DNA of 64,000 bases from Longimicrobiales bacterium (GTDB lineage: Bacteria > Gemmatimonadota > Gemmatimonadetes > Longimicrobiales > Gaopeijiaceae), in contig CBDBCF010000001.1 of assembly GCA_965202985.1 (NCBI GenBank), positions 2,592,001 through 2,656,000 on the forward strand, written 5' to 3'. A program made the translations under genes and the position numbers. Positions within the stretch are counted from its first letter, which is position 1. Every line of letters starts with the position of its first letter. The notes beneath the pieces were generated by a model that was not told where the DNA came from, ran no database searches, and was given only the letters and a program-made list of their open reading frames with translations. Below are positions 42,680-51,156 of the stretch, in pieces.

Positions 42680-43342
42680 ATGTACAACCGCGTCATCCTT
42701 ATCGGCCACGTCGCTTTGGAGCCAACTAGGGACGTGGACAGCGCCAACCTGCACTTCTTCCAGGTCGATGCCGACAACGAGCGGGTCGTGATCATGGCCA
42801 ACACGTTCCCGGACCAGGTCAGACCCATCCACCCCGACGACGTGAACCTCAAAACCGACGACGAGGTTCTTGTCGAAGGCAAGCTCGTAGTGCGGCCCAT
42901 GCACCGTGGCGACGACGGCCACGACGACGACCGCGTGACCCATGTGGTTGTTGCAGACCGGATAGCGCGACTGGATTCGCCGTCCATAAGGTTTCGGATC
43001 ATTGGAGGCCGGACTGCACGGAGCATCCGTGTTGACGGCCAACACTGGGGCGACGCCGAGCGCCGCGCGGAAGGCTGGTACTTCCACGCTCCAAAGACCG
43101 AAGAAGCTCAAAGGCTTGCCGGACGCACCTTTCCGTCGCGAGCCGCGCTCAGCTACGCCATCCGGCAAGAGATCGAATACCAGAAGTACGTCCGACCGAG
43201 CCCGCGTTTGAACGAAGGGGGAAACGATGGCAGAGCTCGCGAGCGTGGCGCGGGCGTCTGCGCGGACGGCGGCGAAGGCCGTGGTATCTCGGGCGCGGGT
43301 GCTTCGGAGCTTCGTGATGGGCAGGCTGGACGTCATGGATGA
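42680..43342 (+). CDS. Divergent SSB-like OB-fold protein with extra C-terminal domain
   Basis: MYNRVILIGHV..EP, LKTDDEVLVEGKL, THVVVADRIARL mirror SSB strands; SD GGGAGGA; lacks the acidic DDIPF tail. Confidence 0.6.
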   Translation: MYNRVILIGHVALEPTRDVDSANLHFFQVDADNERVVIMANTFPDQVRPIHPDDVNLKTDDEVLVEGKLVVRPMHRGDDGHDDDRVTHVVVADRIARLDSPSIRFRIIGGRTARSIRVDGQHWGDAERRAEGWYFHAPKTEEAQRLAGRTFPSRAALSYAIRQEIEYQKYVRPSPRLNEGGNDGRARERGAGVCADGGEGRGISGAGASELRDGQAGRHG

Positions 43343-43463
43343 TGCGACCGGCCATGCCACGCGCACGGTCGCCGTCCACCTACGCGTCTTGGCGGAGTCG
43401 ATCATGAACGAATCCGGGGACGCGTGCGAGCAGGCTGAGAAGCTCGAACGCTTGCAGGCGTAG
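43227..43463 (+). CDS. Small helical hypothetical protein (78 aa)
   Basis: SD GAAGGGGG 5 nt before ATG; amphipathic helical sequence; overlaps the low-complexity tail of the SSB-like ORF. Confidence 0.45.
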   Translation: MAELASVARASARTAAKAVVSRARVLRSFVMGRLDVMDDATGHATRTVAVHLRVLAESIMNESGDACEQAEKLERLQA

Positions 43464-43577
43464 GCCCAGCCCTTGGTGGCTGGCCCGCAATACCGAGACC
43501 GACGAAGAGATTCGCAAGTTCACGCTTGCCGACTGCAAGGAGCCAGCTCGGGGACGCTACCGACAAGAAAAGGAAGC

Positions 43578-43727
43578 ATGGGCAGCAACAAGCTCGTCGC
43601 CAAGAGCCCCGTTCGGGAGCTCGCGATACGGGCGTTGACTCGACGTCCCGATCGTCGTAACGTTAAGCCGGTGTCGCCGGAAATGCTGCGCGTACCGGTA
43701 CATCCACCGCACGCCGCCAACTCCTGA
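43578..43727 (+). CDS. Possible small basic protein (49 aa) upstream of DUF262
   Basis: AAAAGGAAGC-ATG start; stop 12 nt before the DUF262 ATG. Confidence 0.3.
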   Translation: MGSNKLVAKSPVRELAIRALTRRPDRRNVKPVSPEMLRVPVHPPHAANS

Positions 43728-43739
43728 CAATAGGGACTC

Positions 43740-44834
43740 ATGGTGCGACCGATGACAGCGACAGACGCGGACGGGCTTCGAGACACGCAGGTCGACGATC
43801 CGCTCGACAGCGACGACGAGAAGGGCGAGGCCATTCGCTATGGAATCGCCAGTTACGGTGCAGACTTGCCCGTCGACGCTGTGGTGGAGCGGCTTGATCG
43901 CGGAGACATCTTCGTTCCCGAGTTTCAGCGGAAGTTCGTTTGGAGCCAACGGCAGGCGTCACGATTTGTCGAGTCGTTGCTCTTGGGGCTGCCGGTCCCC
44001 GGCGTCTTTCTGTTTAGGGTGCCGGGTGCTCGCACGCTCATGGTCGTAGATGGGCAACAACGGTTGCTGACCCTGCAGCGCTTTCGACACAGCCTGTTCA
44101 ACGGACGGGAATTCAAGCTCGTGGGCGTCACGGACGAGTACCTGAACAGGACTTACGCCACTCTGCTGGAACATGATCGCCGGCAGCTGGACGATTCGAT
44201 CATTCGTTCCACGGTATTTCAACAGATCAAGCCGTCCGACGATCGCAGTTCGGTCTACGCGATCTTCGAACGACTGAACACTAGCGGAAGCCCTCTCCAG
44301 CCGCAGGAAATCAGAGCTTGCGTATACGATGGAAAGCTGAGCCGTCTCCTGGTGGAACTGGCTGGATATCCGAAATGGCGGGAGCTGTATCGCTCGTCGA
44401 ATCCGCGCAAGAAGGACGAAGAAATCATTCTGCGTTTCTTGGCGTTGTGCACGTCGCCGGAAGAGTACGCACGTCCGATGAAGCAGTTTCTGAATGATTT
44501 CATGGAGCAGAACCTGGACCCGGACGACGAGACGTGCGACGAATTTCGTAATCGGTTTCGTGTGGTCGCGGATACGGTTGCCGATCACCTTGGATACAAG
44601 GCGCTTAGGCCGGAGCGAAGCTTGAACGTGTCGGTCGCGGACGCCGTCATGGTGGGATTGGCGCGACGGCTGGAAAACGGACCGATTCGCGACGCGGAGG
44701 CACTGCGAGCGGCTCACGGCCGTGTGCTCATGCACCTGAAAGAAGAAGATCTGTACAGGACGGGCACCACGCACAAGGATCGAGTCGAGCGGAGAATCGC
44801 GATCGCGAGAAAGGAGTATGGAACGGTCGAATGA
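43740..44834 (+). CDS. DUF262 (ParB/Srx-like, GmrS-type) domain protein
   Basis: VPEFQRKFVW, SRFVESLLLGLPVP, VVDGQQRL, IFERLNTSGSPLQPQEIR; visibly lower GC than flanks. Confidence 0.88.
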   Translation: MVRPMTATDADGLRDTQVDDPLDSDDEKGEAIRYGIASYGADLPVDAVVERLDRGDIFVPEFQRKFVWSQRQASRFVESLLLGLPVPGVFLFRVPGARTLMVVDGQQRLLTLQRFRHSLFNGREFKLVGVTDEYLNRTYATLLEHDRRQLDDSIIRSTVFQQIKPSDDRSSVYAIFERLNTSGSPLQPQEIRACVYDGKLSRLLVELAGYPKWRELYRSSNPRKKDEEIILRFLALCTSPEEYARPMKQFLNDFMEQNLDPDDETCDEFRNRFRVVADTVADHLGYKALRPERSLNVSVADAVMVGLARRLENGPIRDAEALRAAHGRVLMHLKEEDLYRTGTTHKDRVERRIAIARKEYGTVE

Positions 44835-45304
44835 AGCACGGAGACAGCAAGCGGCTGGAGGAGGCCATCGATTCGGTGCTGCAGGAGACTCTGTTGCTGT
44901 TGCGGTCGGGCAGGGGCGATGCCTACCGTTCGTATCTCGCCCAACTGCTTGCAGTTTGGGCGTCGGGATACCTCGAGGCCAAGTGCCGCGAAGTCATGTT
45001 TATGTACACCGAGAGACGAGCCAACCCGGGTGTCGCGCGGTACGTGGCGAAGAGGCTCGACCAGTTTCGGAATCCGCGAGCCGACAAGATACTGGAGTTG
45101 ATCGGGAGCTTCGACGCGGACGTTGCGCGCCAGCTTGGCGACTTTACCGAGGGCCGAATTCGGTCGAGCATCAACAGCATCGTCAGCCACCGACATCGCA
45201 TCGCTCACGGGCGCTCGTCCGAGATCAGCATACTGGATGTCGAGAGGTACTTTGGCGATGCCCGGATGTTCGTCAGAAAGATGGAAACGCTGCTCCTGGA
45301 GTGA
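44831..45304 (+). CDS. HEPN-domain protein (predicted RNase)
   Basis: SGYLE, FRNP and INSIVSHRHRIAHG (R-x4-H HEPN motif); ATGA coupling to DUF262. Confidence 0.82.
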   Translation: MKHGDSKRLEEAIDSVLQETLLLLRSGRGDAYRSYLAQLLAVWASGYLEAKCREVMFMYTERRANPGVARYVAKRLDQFRNPRADKILELIGSFDADVARQLGDFTEGRIRSSINSIVSHRHRIAHGRSSEISILDVERYFGDARMFVRKMETLLLE

Positions 45305-45354
45305 CCCCGTTCCGGTGCACTTGCGCCGCAAGATGTCCTCATGAGGTGATCGAC

Positions 45355-48300
45355 ATGAAAAACTCTCGAATCGTCGTTGGCGCCACATCCCTGCTGATCG
45401 CACTTGCCGCCCCTGAGGGCGCAGACGCCGTAGCTTGGCACGGCGCCGTGGGGATCCAGTCGCGTGCTGTCCAGGCTGCGCCTCCCGTCTCCGCCGCCGA
45501 CTTCGCTCCCATGACGGCGCGCAGCATCGGGCCGGCGGGGATGAGCGGGCGCGTGTCGGCGGTGGCGGTCAACCCGCTGGACCCGACGGTGATCTACGTG
45601 GGCGCGGCGACGGGCGGGGTTTGGCGGTCGCGGGACGGGGGGCTGGCGTGGGAGCCCGTCTTTGACGACCAGCCGGTGCTGGGCATCGGGGCGGTGACGG
45701 TGGTGCCGTCGAACCCGGACGTGGTGTGGGTGGGCACCGGCGAGGGGAATCCGCGCAACTCGGCCGGGGTGGGGAACGGTGTCTACCGCAGCCTGGACGG
45801 GGGCGACACGTGGCGGCACATGGGGCTGGAGGCGTCGGAGCGCGTGCACCGGATCGTCGTGCATCCGACCGACCCGCGCATCGTGTACGTGGGTGCCATG
45901 GGGCCGCTGTGGAGCGACGGCGAGCAGCGCGGCGTCTTCAAGTCCACCGACGGCGGCGAGACGTGGGAGCGCGTGCTGCACGCAGGACCCGGCGCGGGCG
46001 CGGCGGACCTGGTCATGGACCCGCGCAACCCGGACAAGCTGTTCGCGGCGATGTGGTCGTTTCGGCGCTGGCCGTGGTTCTTCCGCTCGGGCGGCCCGGA
46101 GAGCGGCCTGTTCGTGACCCGGGACGGCGGCGACAGCTGGACTCGGCTGGGGGCGGAGCAGGGGCTTCCCGCCGGCGAACTCGGCCGCATCGGCGTCGCC
46201 GTGTCGCGCTCCAACCCGGACGTGGTGTACGCGCTCGTGGAGGCCCGGCGCAACGCGCTTCTGCGCTCCGACGACGGCGGCGGCAGCTGGCGCACCGTCA
46301 GCGACCGGCCCGGCGTGGCGCCTCGGCCGTTCTACTACGCCGACATTCGGGTGGACCCGGCCAACGAGAACCGCTTGTACAGCCTTCACAGCCTAGTGCA
46401 AGTCAGCGAGGACGCGGGGCGGACGTTCCGCACCGTGGTGCCCAGCCGAATCGTGCACGGCGACGTGCACGAGCTGTGGATTCACCCGGACGACGGGCGC
46501 TTCATGATCCTGGGCGAGGACGGCGGCATTGCGATCACCCGCGACCGGGGCGACAACTGGCGCTTCGTGGAGAACCTGCCGCTGGCGCAGTTCTACCACT
46601 TGAACGTGGACATGGCGACGCCGTTCAACGTCTACGGCGGGTTGCAGGACAACGGGTCCTGGTTCGGTCCCAGTCACGTGTGGGCGGAACGGGGGATCAT
46701 GAACCTGCACTGGACCCGGGTGGGGAGCGGCGACGGTTTCGCCACGCTGCCGGACTTTGGGGACGACCGGTACGGCTATTCCATGGCCCAGCAGGGCAGG
46801 CTGAACCGGTTCGACAAGGTCACGGGCGCGCGTCGGGACATTCAGCCGGTGCACCCGGACGGGACGCCGTTGCGCTTCAGCTGGAACGCGGCGCTCAACG
46901 TGGACCCCTTCGACTCCACCACGATCTACCTGGGCTCGCAGTTCGTGCACCGCTCGCGCGACAGGGGCGCCACGTGGGAGATCGTTTCGCCCGACCTGAC
47001 CACGAACGACCCCGAGAAGCAGCGCCAGCAGGAGAGCGGCGGCCTCACGCTGGACGCCACCGGCGCCGAGAACCACACCACGATCCTGAGCATCGCGCCC
47101 AGCCCCTTGGAGCGCGGTCTGATCTGGGCGACCACCGACGACGGCAACGTGCAGGTCACCCGCGACGACGGCGACACCTGGACCAACGTGGGCGACCGCG
47201 TGCCCGACGTGCCGCCCGCGACCTGGGCGCCCCACATCGAGCCCTCCAAGCACGACCCGGCGGCGGCCTACCTGGTGTACGACGACCACCGACGCGGCAA
47301 CTGGACGCCCTACGCCTACCGGACCGGCGACTACGGGCAGAGCTGGCAGTCGCTCGCCACCGACGAGCTCCACGGCTTCGTTCACGTCCTGGAAGAGGAC
47401 CCGGTGGAGCCCCGCCTCCTGTTCCTGGGCACCGAGTTCGGCATGTACGTCAGCCTGGACCAAGGCGCGTCTTGGATGCGGTGGCGGAACGGCCTGCCGC
47501 CTGCGCCCGTCCGCGCCCTGGTGGTGCACCCCCGCGATCACGACTTGGCGGTCGGCACGCACGGCCGCGCCGCCTATGTGGTGGACGACATTCGACCCCT
47601 TCGCGCCCTGGCCGCCGACCCGACGGTGGCCGACGCCGCGCTCCACGTCTTCCCGGCCGCCTCGGCGATCCAGTACGTGGAGGCCGAGGCCCAGGGCTAC
47701 CGTTCCACGGGCCACGCCATGTTCATGGGAGACTTGCGGCCCTACGGCGCGCTGCTTCACTACTGGATGGCGGCGCCCGGTTCGGACGGCGACGGCGCAG
47801 CGGCTGCCTCCAGTCGCGCGCGAATCTCCATTGCGGACGCCTCCGGCCAAGTCGTCCGCACCTTGTCGGGCACTGCGCACAGGGGCCTCAACCGCGTGGT
47901 CTGGGACCTGCGCTCGGGACCAGCGGACTCCACCGCCGACTTCGGCCAGCCCTCGTCCCCCGGCCCTTGGGTCCTGCCCGGTCGCTACGACGTGCGCGTC
48001 GAAGCGGGCGGCCAGAGCGCCGAGGGCGCCGTCCAGGTCGTGGCCGACCCGCGCACCGACTTCTCCATGGCCGACCGTCGCGCCCGAATCGCGGTCCAGA
48101 CCGAGGCGGCCGGCTGGGCCCGGTCCGCCGCCCGAGCCCGGCAGCGACTGGAACGGACGATCGAGGCCGTGGACCAGGTGCTCGCCTCGCTGCCCGCCGA
48201 CGCCGACGAGCTGCGAGCCCAAGGCGCCGCCCTCCGCGACGAGCTGGCCGCCCTGAACCGCCGCCTCTTCACCGGCCCCGAGTGCCAGGGCATCTGCGGC

Positions 48301-48540
48301 CGCACCACCGTCGCGGCCCGCGTCCGCGCCCCCCTGCGCAAGCTGAACAGCGCCCAAGACGCCCCCTCGGCCACCGACCGCTTGGCGATGGCCCACGCCA
48401 AGGCCGCCCTGGACGAACTGCTGTCCGAGACCAGCGCCGCCCTGGACGGACCGGACGGCCCCGTGGAAGTGTACCGCCAAGCACTGCGCAGCGCGGGCTA
48501 CACGCCTTTGCCGAGCGCGGCGGAGTGGCGCCGCCGTTAG
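45355..48540 (+). CDS. Secreted BNR/Asp-box (VPS10/sortilin-like) beta-propeller protein
   Basis: Signal peptide, RSIGPAGMSGRV, many S/T-x-D-G-G-x-T/S-W Asp-boxes, YGGLQDNG; ATG after GAGGTG. Confidence 0.9.
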   Translation: MKNSRIVVGATSLLIALAAPEGADAVAWHGAVGIQSRAVQAAPPVSAADFAPMTARSIGPAGMSGRVSAVAVNPLDPTVIYVGAATGGVWRSRDGGLAWEPVFDDQPVLGIGAVTVVPSNPDVVWVGTGEGNPRNSAGVGNGVYRSLDGGDTWRHMGLEASERVHRIVVHPTDPRIVYVGAMGPLWSDGEQRGVFKSTDGGETWERVLHAGPGAGAADLVMDPRNPDKLFAAMWSFRRWPWFFRSGGPESGLFVTRDGGDSWTRLGAEQGLPAGELGRIGVAVSRSNPDVVYALVEARRNALLRSDDGGGSWRTVSDRPGVAPRPFYYADIRVDPANENRLYSLHSLVQVSEDAGRTFRTVVPSRIVHGDVHELWIHPDDGRFMILGEDGGIAITRDRGDNWRFVENLPLAQFYHLNVDMATPFNVYGGLQDNGSWFGPSHVWAERGIMNLHWTRVGSGDGFATLPDFGDDRYGYSMAQQGRLNRFDKVTGARRDIQPVHPDGTPLRFSWNAALNVDPFDSTTIYLGSQFVHRSRDRGATWEIVSPDLTTNDPEKQRQQESGGLTLDATGAENHTTILSIAPSPLERGLIWATTDDGNVQVTRDDGDTWTNVGDRVPDVPPATWAPHIEPSKHDPAAAYLVYDDHRRGNWTPYAYRTGDYGQSWQSLATDELHGFVHVLEEDPVEPRLLFLGTEFGMYVSLDQGASWMRWRNGLPPAPVRALVVHPRDHDLAVGTHGRAAYVVDDIRPLRALAADPTVADAALHVFPAASAIQYVEAEAQGYRSTGHAMFMGDLRPYGALLHYWMAAPGSDGDGAAAASSRARISIADASGQVVRTLSGTAHRGLNRVVWDLRSGPADSTADFGQPSSPGPWVLPGRYDVRVEAGGQSAEGAVQVVADPRTDFSMADRRARIAVQTEAAGWARSAARARQRLERTIEAVDQVLASLPADADELRAQGAALRDELAALNRRLFTGPECQGICGRTTVAARVRAPLRKLNSAQDAPSATDRLAMAHAKAALDELLSETSAALDGPDGPVEVYRQALRSAGYTPLPSAAEWRRR

Positions 48541-49826
48541 CCGGGACCCCCGCTTCGTCGCTGCCGCCGCCGCACCCGGCCCGGTGGCGCATCTTGGCGC
48601 TGGTGGGGCTGGCGGAGCTGCTGGGCATGTCCGTGTGGTTCGCCGCGACGGCGGTGTCGGGCGACCTGGGCGCGCGCTGGGGGCTGTCCGCAGCGCAGAC
48701 GGGGTGGCTGGCCACGGCGGTGAACTTGGGGTTCGTTGCGGGGACGGCCGTGGCGGCGGTGCTCAACTTGGCCGACGTGGTGCGGTCGCGGACGTACTTT
48801 GCGGTGGCGGCGATCTTGGCGGCGGCGGCGAACGCGGCGGTGCTGGGAGCGACGGGGTTCGGCCAAGCGGTTGGGCTGCGCTTCGCGACGGGGTTCGCGC
48901 TGGCCGGCGTGTATCCGCCCGCCATGAAGATGACCGCGACGTGGTTCCGGTCGGCTCGGGGCATGGCGATCGGGACGATCGTGGGCGCGCTCGCGGTGGG
49001 GAAGGCCGCGCCGTACTTGCTGCGCTTGGCACCGGACGCGGGACCCGAGCAGGTCGTGCTGGGCGCGTCGGCGGCGGCGCTGGTCGGGGCGGCGCTGGTC
49101 GCGCTCTTCTACCGCGACGGTCCGCACTCGTTTCGCCGAAGTCCGTTCTCCTGGGGCATGGCCGGCCGAGTCCTGCGCCACCGGCAGGTCCGCTTGGCCA
49201 CCGCCGGCTACCTGGGCCACATGTGGGAGCTGTACGCCATGTGGGCGTGGGTGCCGGCGTTTCTGGCGGCGTCGAGCCGGGCGGCGGACCCCGGCGCGGG
49301 CGCACAAGCCGAGGTCGCGGCCGGACTGGCGGGCTTCGGCGCCATCGCGGCCGGTGGCCTGGGGTGCGTTTGGGGAGGCTGGGCCGCCGACCGGACGAGC
49401 CGCGAAAGAGTCGTCGTGCTGTCGATGGCGGCCAGCGGCGCGTGCTCGCTGGGGATCGGGCTGCTGTACGGACAGGCGTTCGCGTTGGTGGCCGCGGCGG
49501 CGCTGGCGTGGGGGTTCTTCGTCGTGGCCGACTCGGCCCAGTTCAGCACGCTGGTCACGGAGGTCGCGCCCTCCGACGCCGTGGGCACGGCCCTCACCCT
49601 TCAGACCTGCCTGGGCTTCCTCCTGGCCACGGTCACCATTCAGCTGGTGCCGGTCGTGGCCGAGGCGGCGGGCTGGAGGTGGGCGTTCCCCGTGCTGGCC
49701 ATCGGTCCGGCCGCGGGAATCGCCGCAATCCGGCGGCTTGCACGGGTTCGAGCTACGCGGGATCCCGCTGTCGCGCGCTCTCCCGCCGCACCAGCACCAG
49801 GCCCCACGTCAGCACGGGCACGATGA
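48525..49826 (+). CDS. MFS transporter
   Basis: ~12 hydrophobic segments; MSVWF, LAGVYPPAMK, GYLGHMWELYAMW, VADSAQFS, GTALTLQ. Confidence 0.88.
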   Translation: MAPPLAGTPASSLPPPHPARWRILALVGLAELLGMSVWFAATAVSGDLGARWGLSAAQTGWLATAVNLGFVAGTAVAAVLNLADVVRSRTYFAVAAILAAAANAAVLGATGFGQAVGLRFATGFALAGVYPPAMKMTATWFRSARGMAIGTIVGALAVGKAAPYLLRLAPDAGPEQVVLGASAAALVGAALVALFYRDGPHSFRRSPFSWGMAGRVLRHRQVRLATAGYLGHMWELYAMWAWVPAFLAASSRAADPGAGAQAEVAAGLAGFGAIAAGGLGCVWGGWAADRTSRERVVVLSMAASGACSLGIGLLYGQAFALVAAAALAWGFFVVADSAQFSTLVTEVAPSDAVGTALTLQTCLGFLLATVTIQLVPVVAEAAGWRWAFPVLAIGPAAGIAAIRRLARVRATRDPAVARSPAAPAPGPTSARAR

Positions 49827-50853
49827 ACACGGCCCACCAGCCGTACGTGATGTAGCCGTATCCACGGCCGACCAGTGCGGTCAGGCCGAACTGGGCGATC
49901 AGCGCCCCCAGCAGCAGCAGCCCGCCGGCCAGCGCCACGCGCCCGCGAACCGACAGCACGATCCCGCGCTCGGCCGCGGTGCCGGCGACGCGCTCGTTGA
50001 GGGCGTGGATCATGCCGGCGCCGGTCTCGACCAAGGTGCCGAACAGCATCACCTGAAACGCGATCTGGAACGGCCTGGACCCGATCCGCTCCAGCATGTG
50101 GTTCACCGGGACCTCTTCGCCCAGGATCGCCGGGTACTCGCCCGCGATGGCCACGAAGAACAGCAGCGCGGGGATCATGGCGATCGGACCGGTCAGAAGT
50201 CCCGCGACCACGCTGTCCTTGCGGCTCTTGTGGTACCGCACCGTCAGGAGCACCGCGGGCAGGACGCCCAGGTTGTAGCCCGCGTACCTCAAGCCGTCCA
50301 GGAACCACCGTCCCTCCACGACTCCCCCGGCGAACGCGTGCTGGATCGACGGCCCGAACCGAACGACGCACCAGACGAAGAAGACCAGGTATACCGCATA
50401 CAGGACCCCGGACCAGCCGGACAGGGCCTTCTCGATGACCTCGTTGCCCCCGAAGACCAAGAGGCCCACCAAGATCATGATCCCCACCACGCCGACCAGA
50501 TCCGGGAACCCGAAAGTCTCGTGAAGGACGGCGCCCGCGGCCGCCGCGATCACCGCCAGCACGAGCATCATCATCGTCACGTACAAGACTTCGAACAGAA
50601 CCCACGCCGGCCCCAGCAGCCGCCGGAAGAAGGCTCGGTACTCGAAGACGCCGAACACGCGGGCGAACTCGTACACCGCGATGCACACCACGCTCCACGC
50701 CGCCGTCGAGACCGCCATCGCGAGCAGTCCCCCGACCGGGCCGCGCGCCAGAAAGAACTCCGCCAGCTCGCGGCCGGTACCGTAGCCGCCGGCGATCACC
50801 ACCGACTGAAACATGAACCCCGGCAGCAGGTACCGTCGAACGGCGCTGGTCAC
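49753..50853 (-). CDS. YkvI-like membrane protein (putative amino-acid transporter)
   Basis: SVVIAGGYGTGRELAEFF, RYAGYN, LVGRGYG; multi-TM. Confidence 0.8.
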   Translation of the reverse strand: MTSAVRRYLLPGFMFQSVVIAGGYGTGRELAEFFLARGPVGGLLAMAVSTAAWSVVCIAVYEFARVFGVFEYRAFFRRLLGPAWVLFEVLYVTMMMLVLAVIAAAAGAVLHETFGFPDLVGVVGIMILVGLLVFGGNEVIEKALSGWSGVLYAVYLVFFVWCVVRFGPSIQHAFAGGVVEGRWFLDGLRYAGYNLGVLPAVLLTVRYHKSRKDSVVAGLLTGPIAMIPALLFFVAIAGEYPAILGEEVPVNHMLERIGSRPFQIAFQVMLFGTLVETGAGMIHALNERVAGTAAERGIVLSVRGRVALAGGLLLLGALIAQFGLTALVGRGYGYITYGWWAVFIVPVLTWGLVLVRRESARQRDPA

Positions 50854-51156
50854 GAGCGTCCGATGCGGATCATGGCATCCGGCGCGGGTCGCGCGGGTCC
50901 GGCCACGGGGGTCGCAACGTAGTCACGGGCGTCCCGGCGCGGAACAAAAGGCGTCTCTTGGGCAGTTGCGGGCATGTCGGCCAACCTACGGGCCGACCCG
51001 GCTCCCGCGCCACACCGTCCAGGGCCCGTGCGCCTGTCGTGCGATGACGGAACGCTGATTTGGTGGTTGCATTCTCCCGGCTCGTTCCGCGGCACGCCAG
51101 TCGGTGCCCGTCCCGAAGCTCACTCCTGCACGCCCCCGCATGGAGGCCACCCCGAA

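Noticed and set aside
39800..45340. att-like direct repeats bounding the defence island
   Set aside because: None convincing by eye; a computed repeat search would be needed.
44818..49826. 1240-aa and 1366-aa ORFs as HEPN-BNR or BNR-MFS fusions
   Set aside because: The extensions are off-frame shadows of neighbouring genes; signal peptide/SD at 45355 and the MFS start at ~48525 define the real genes.
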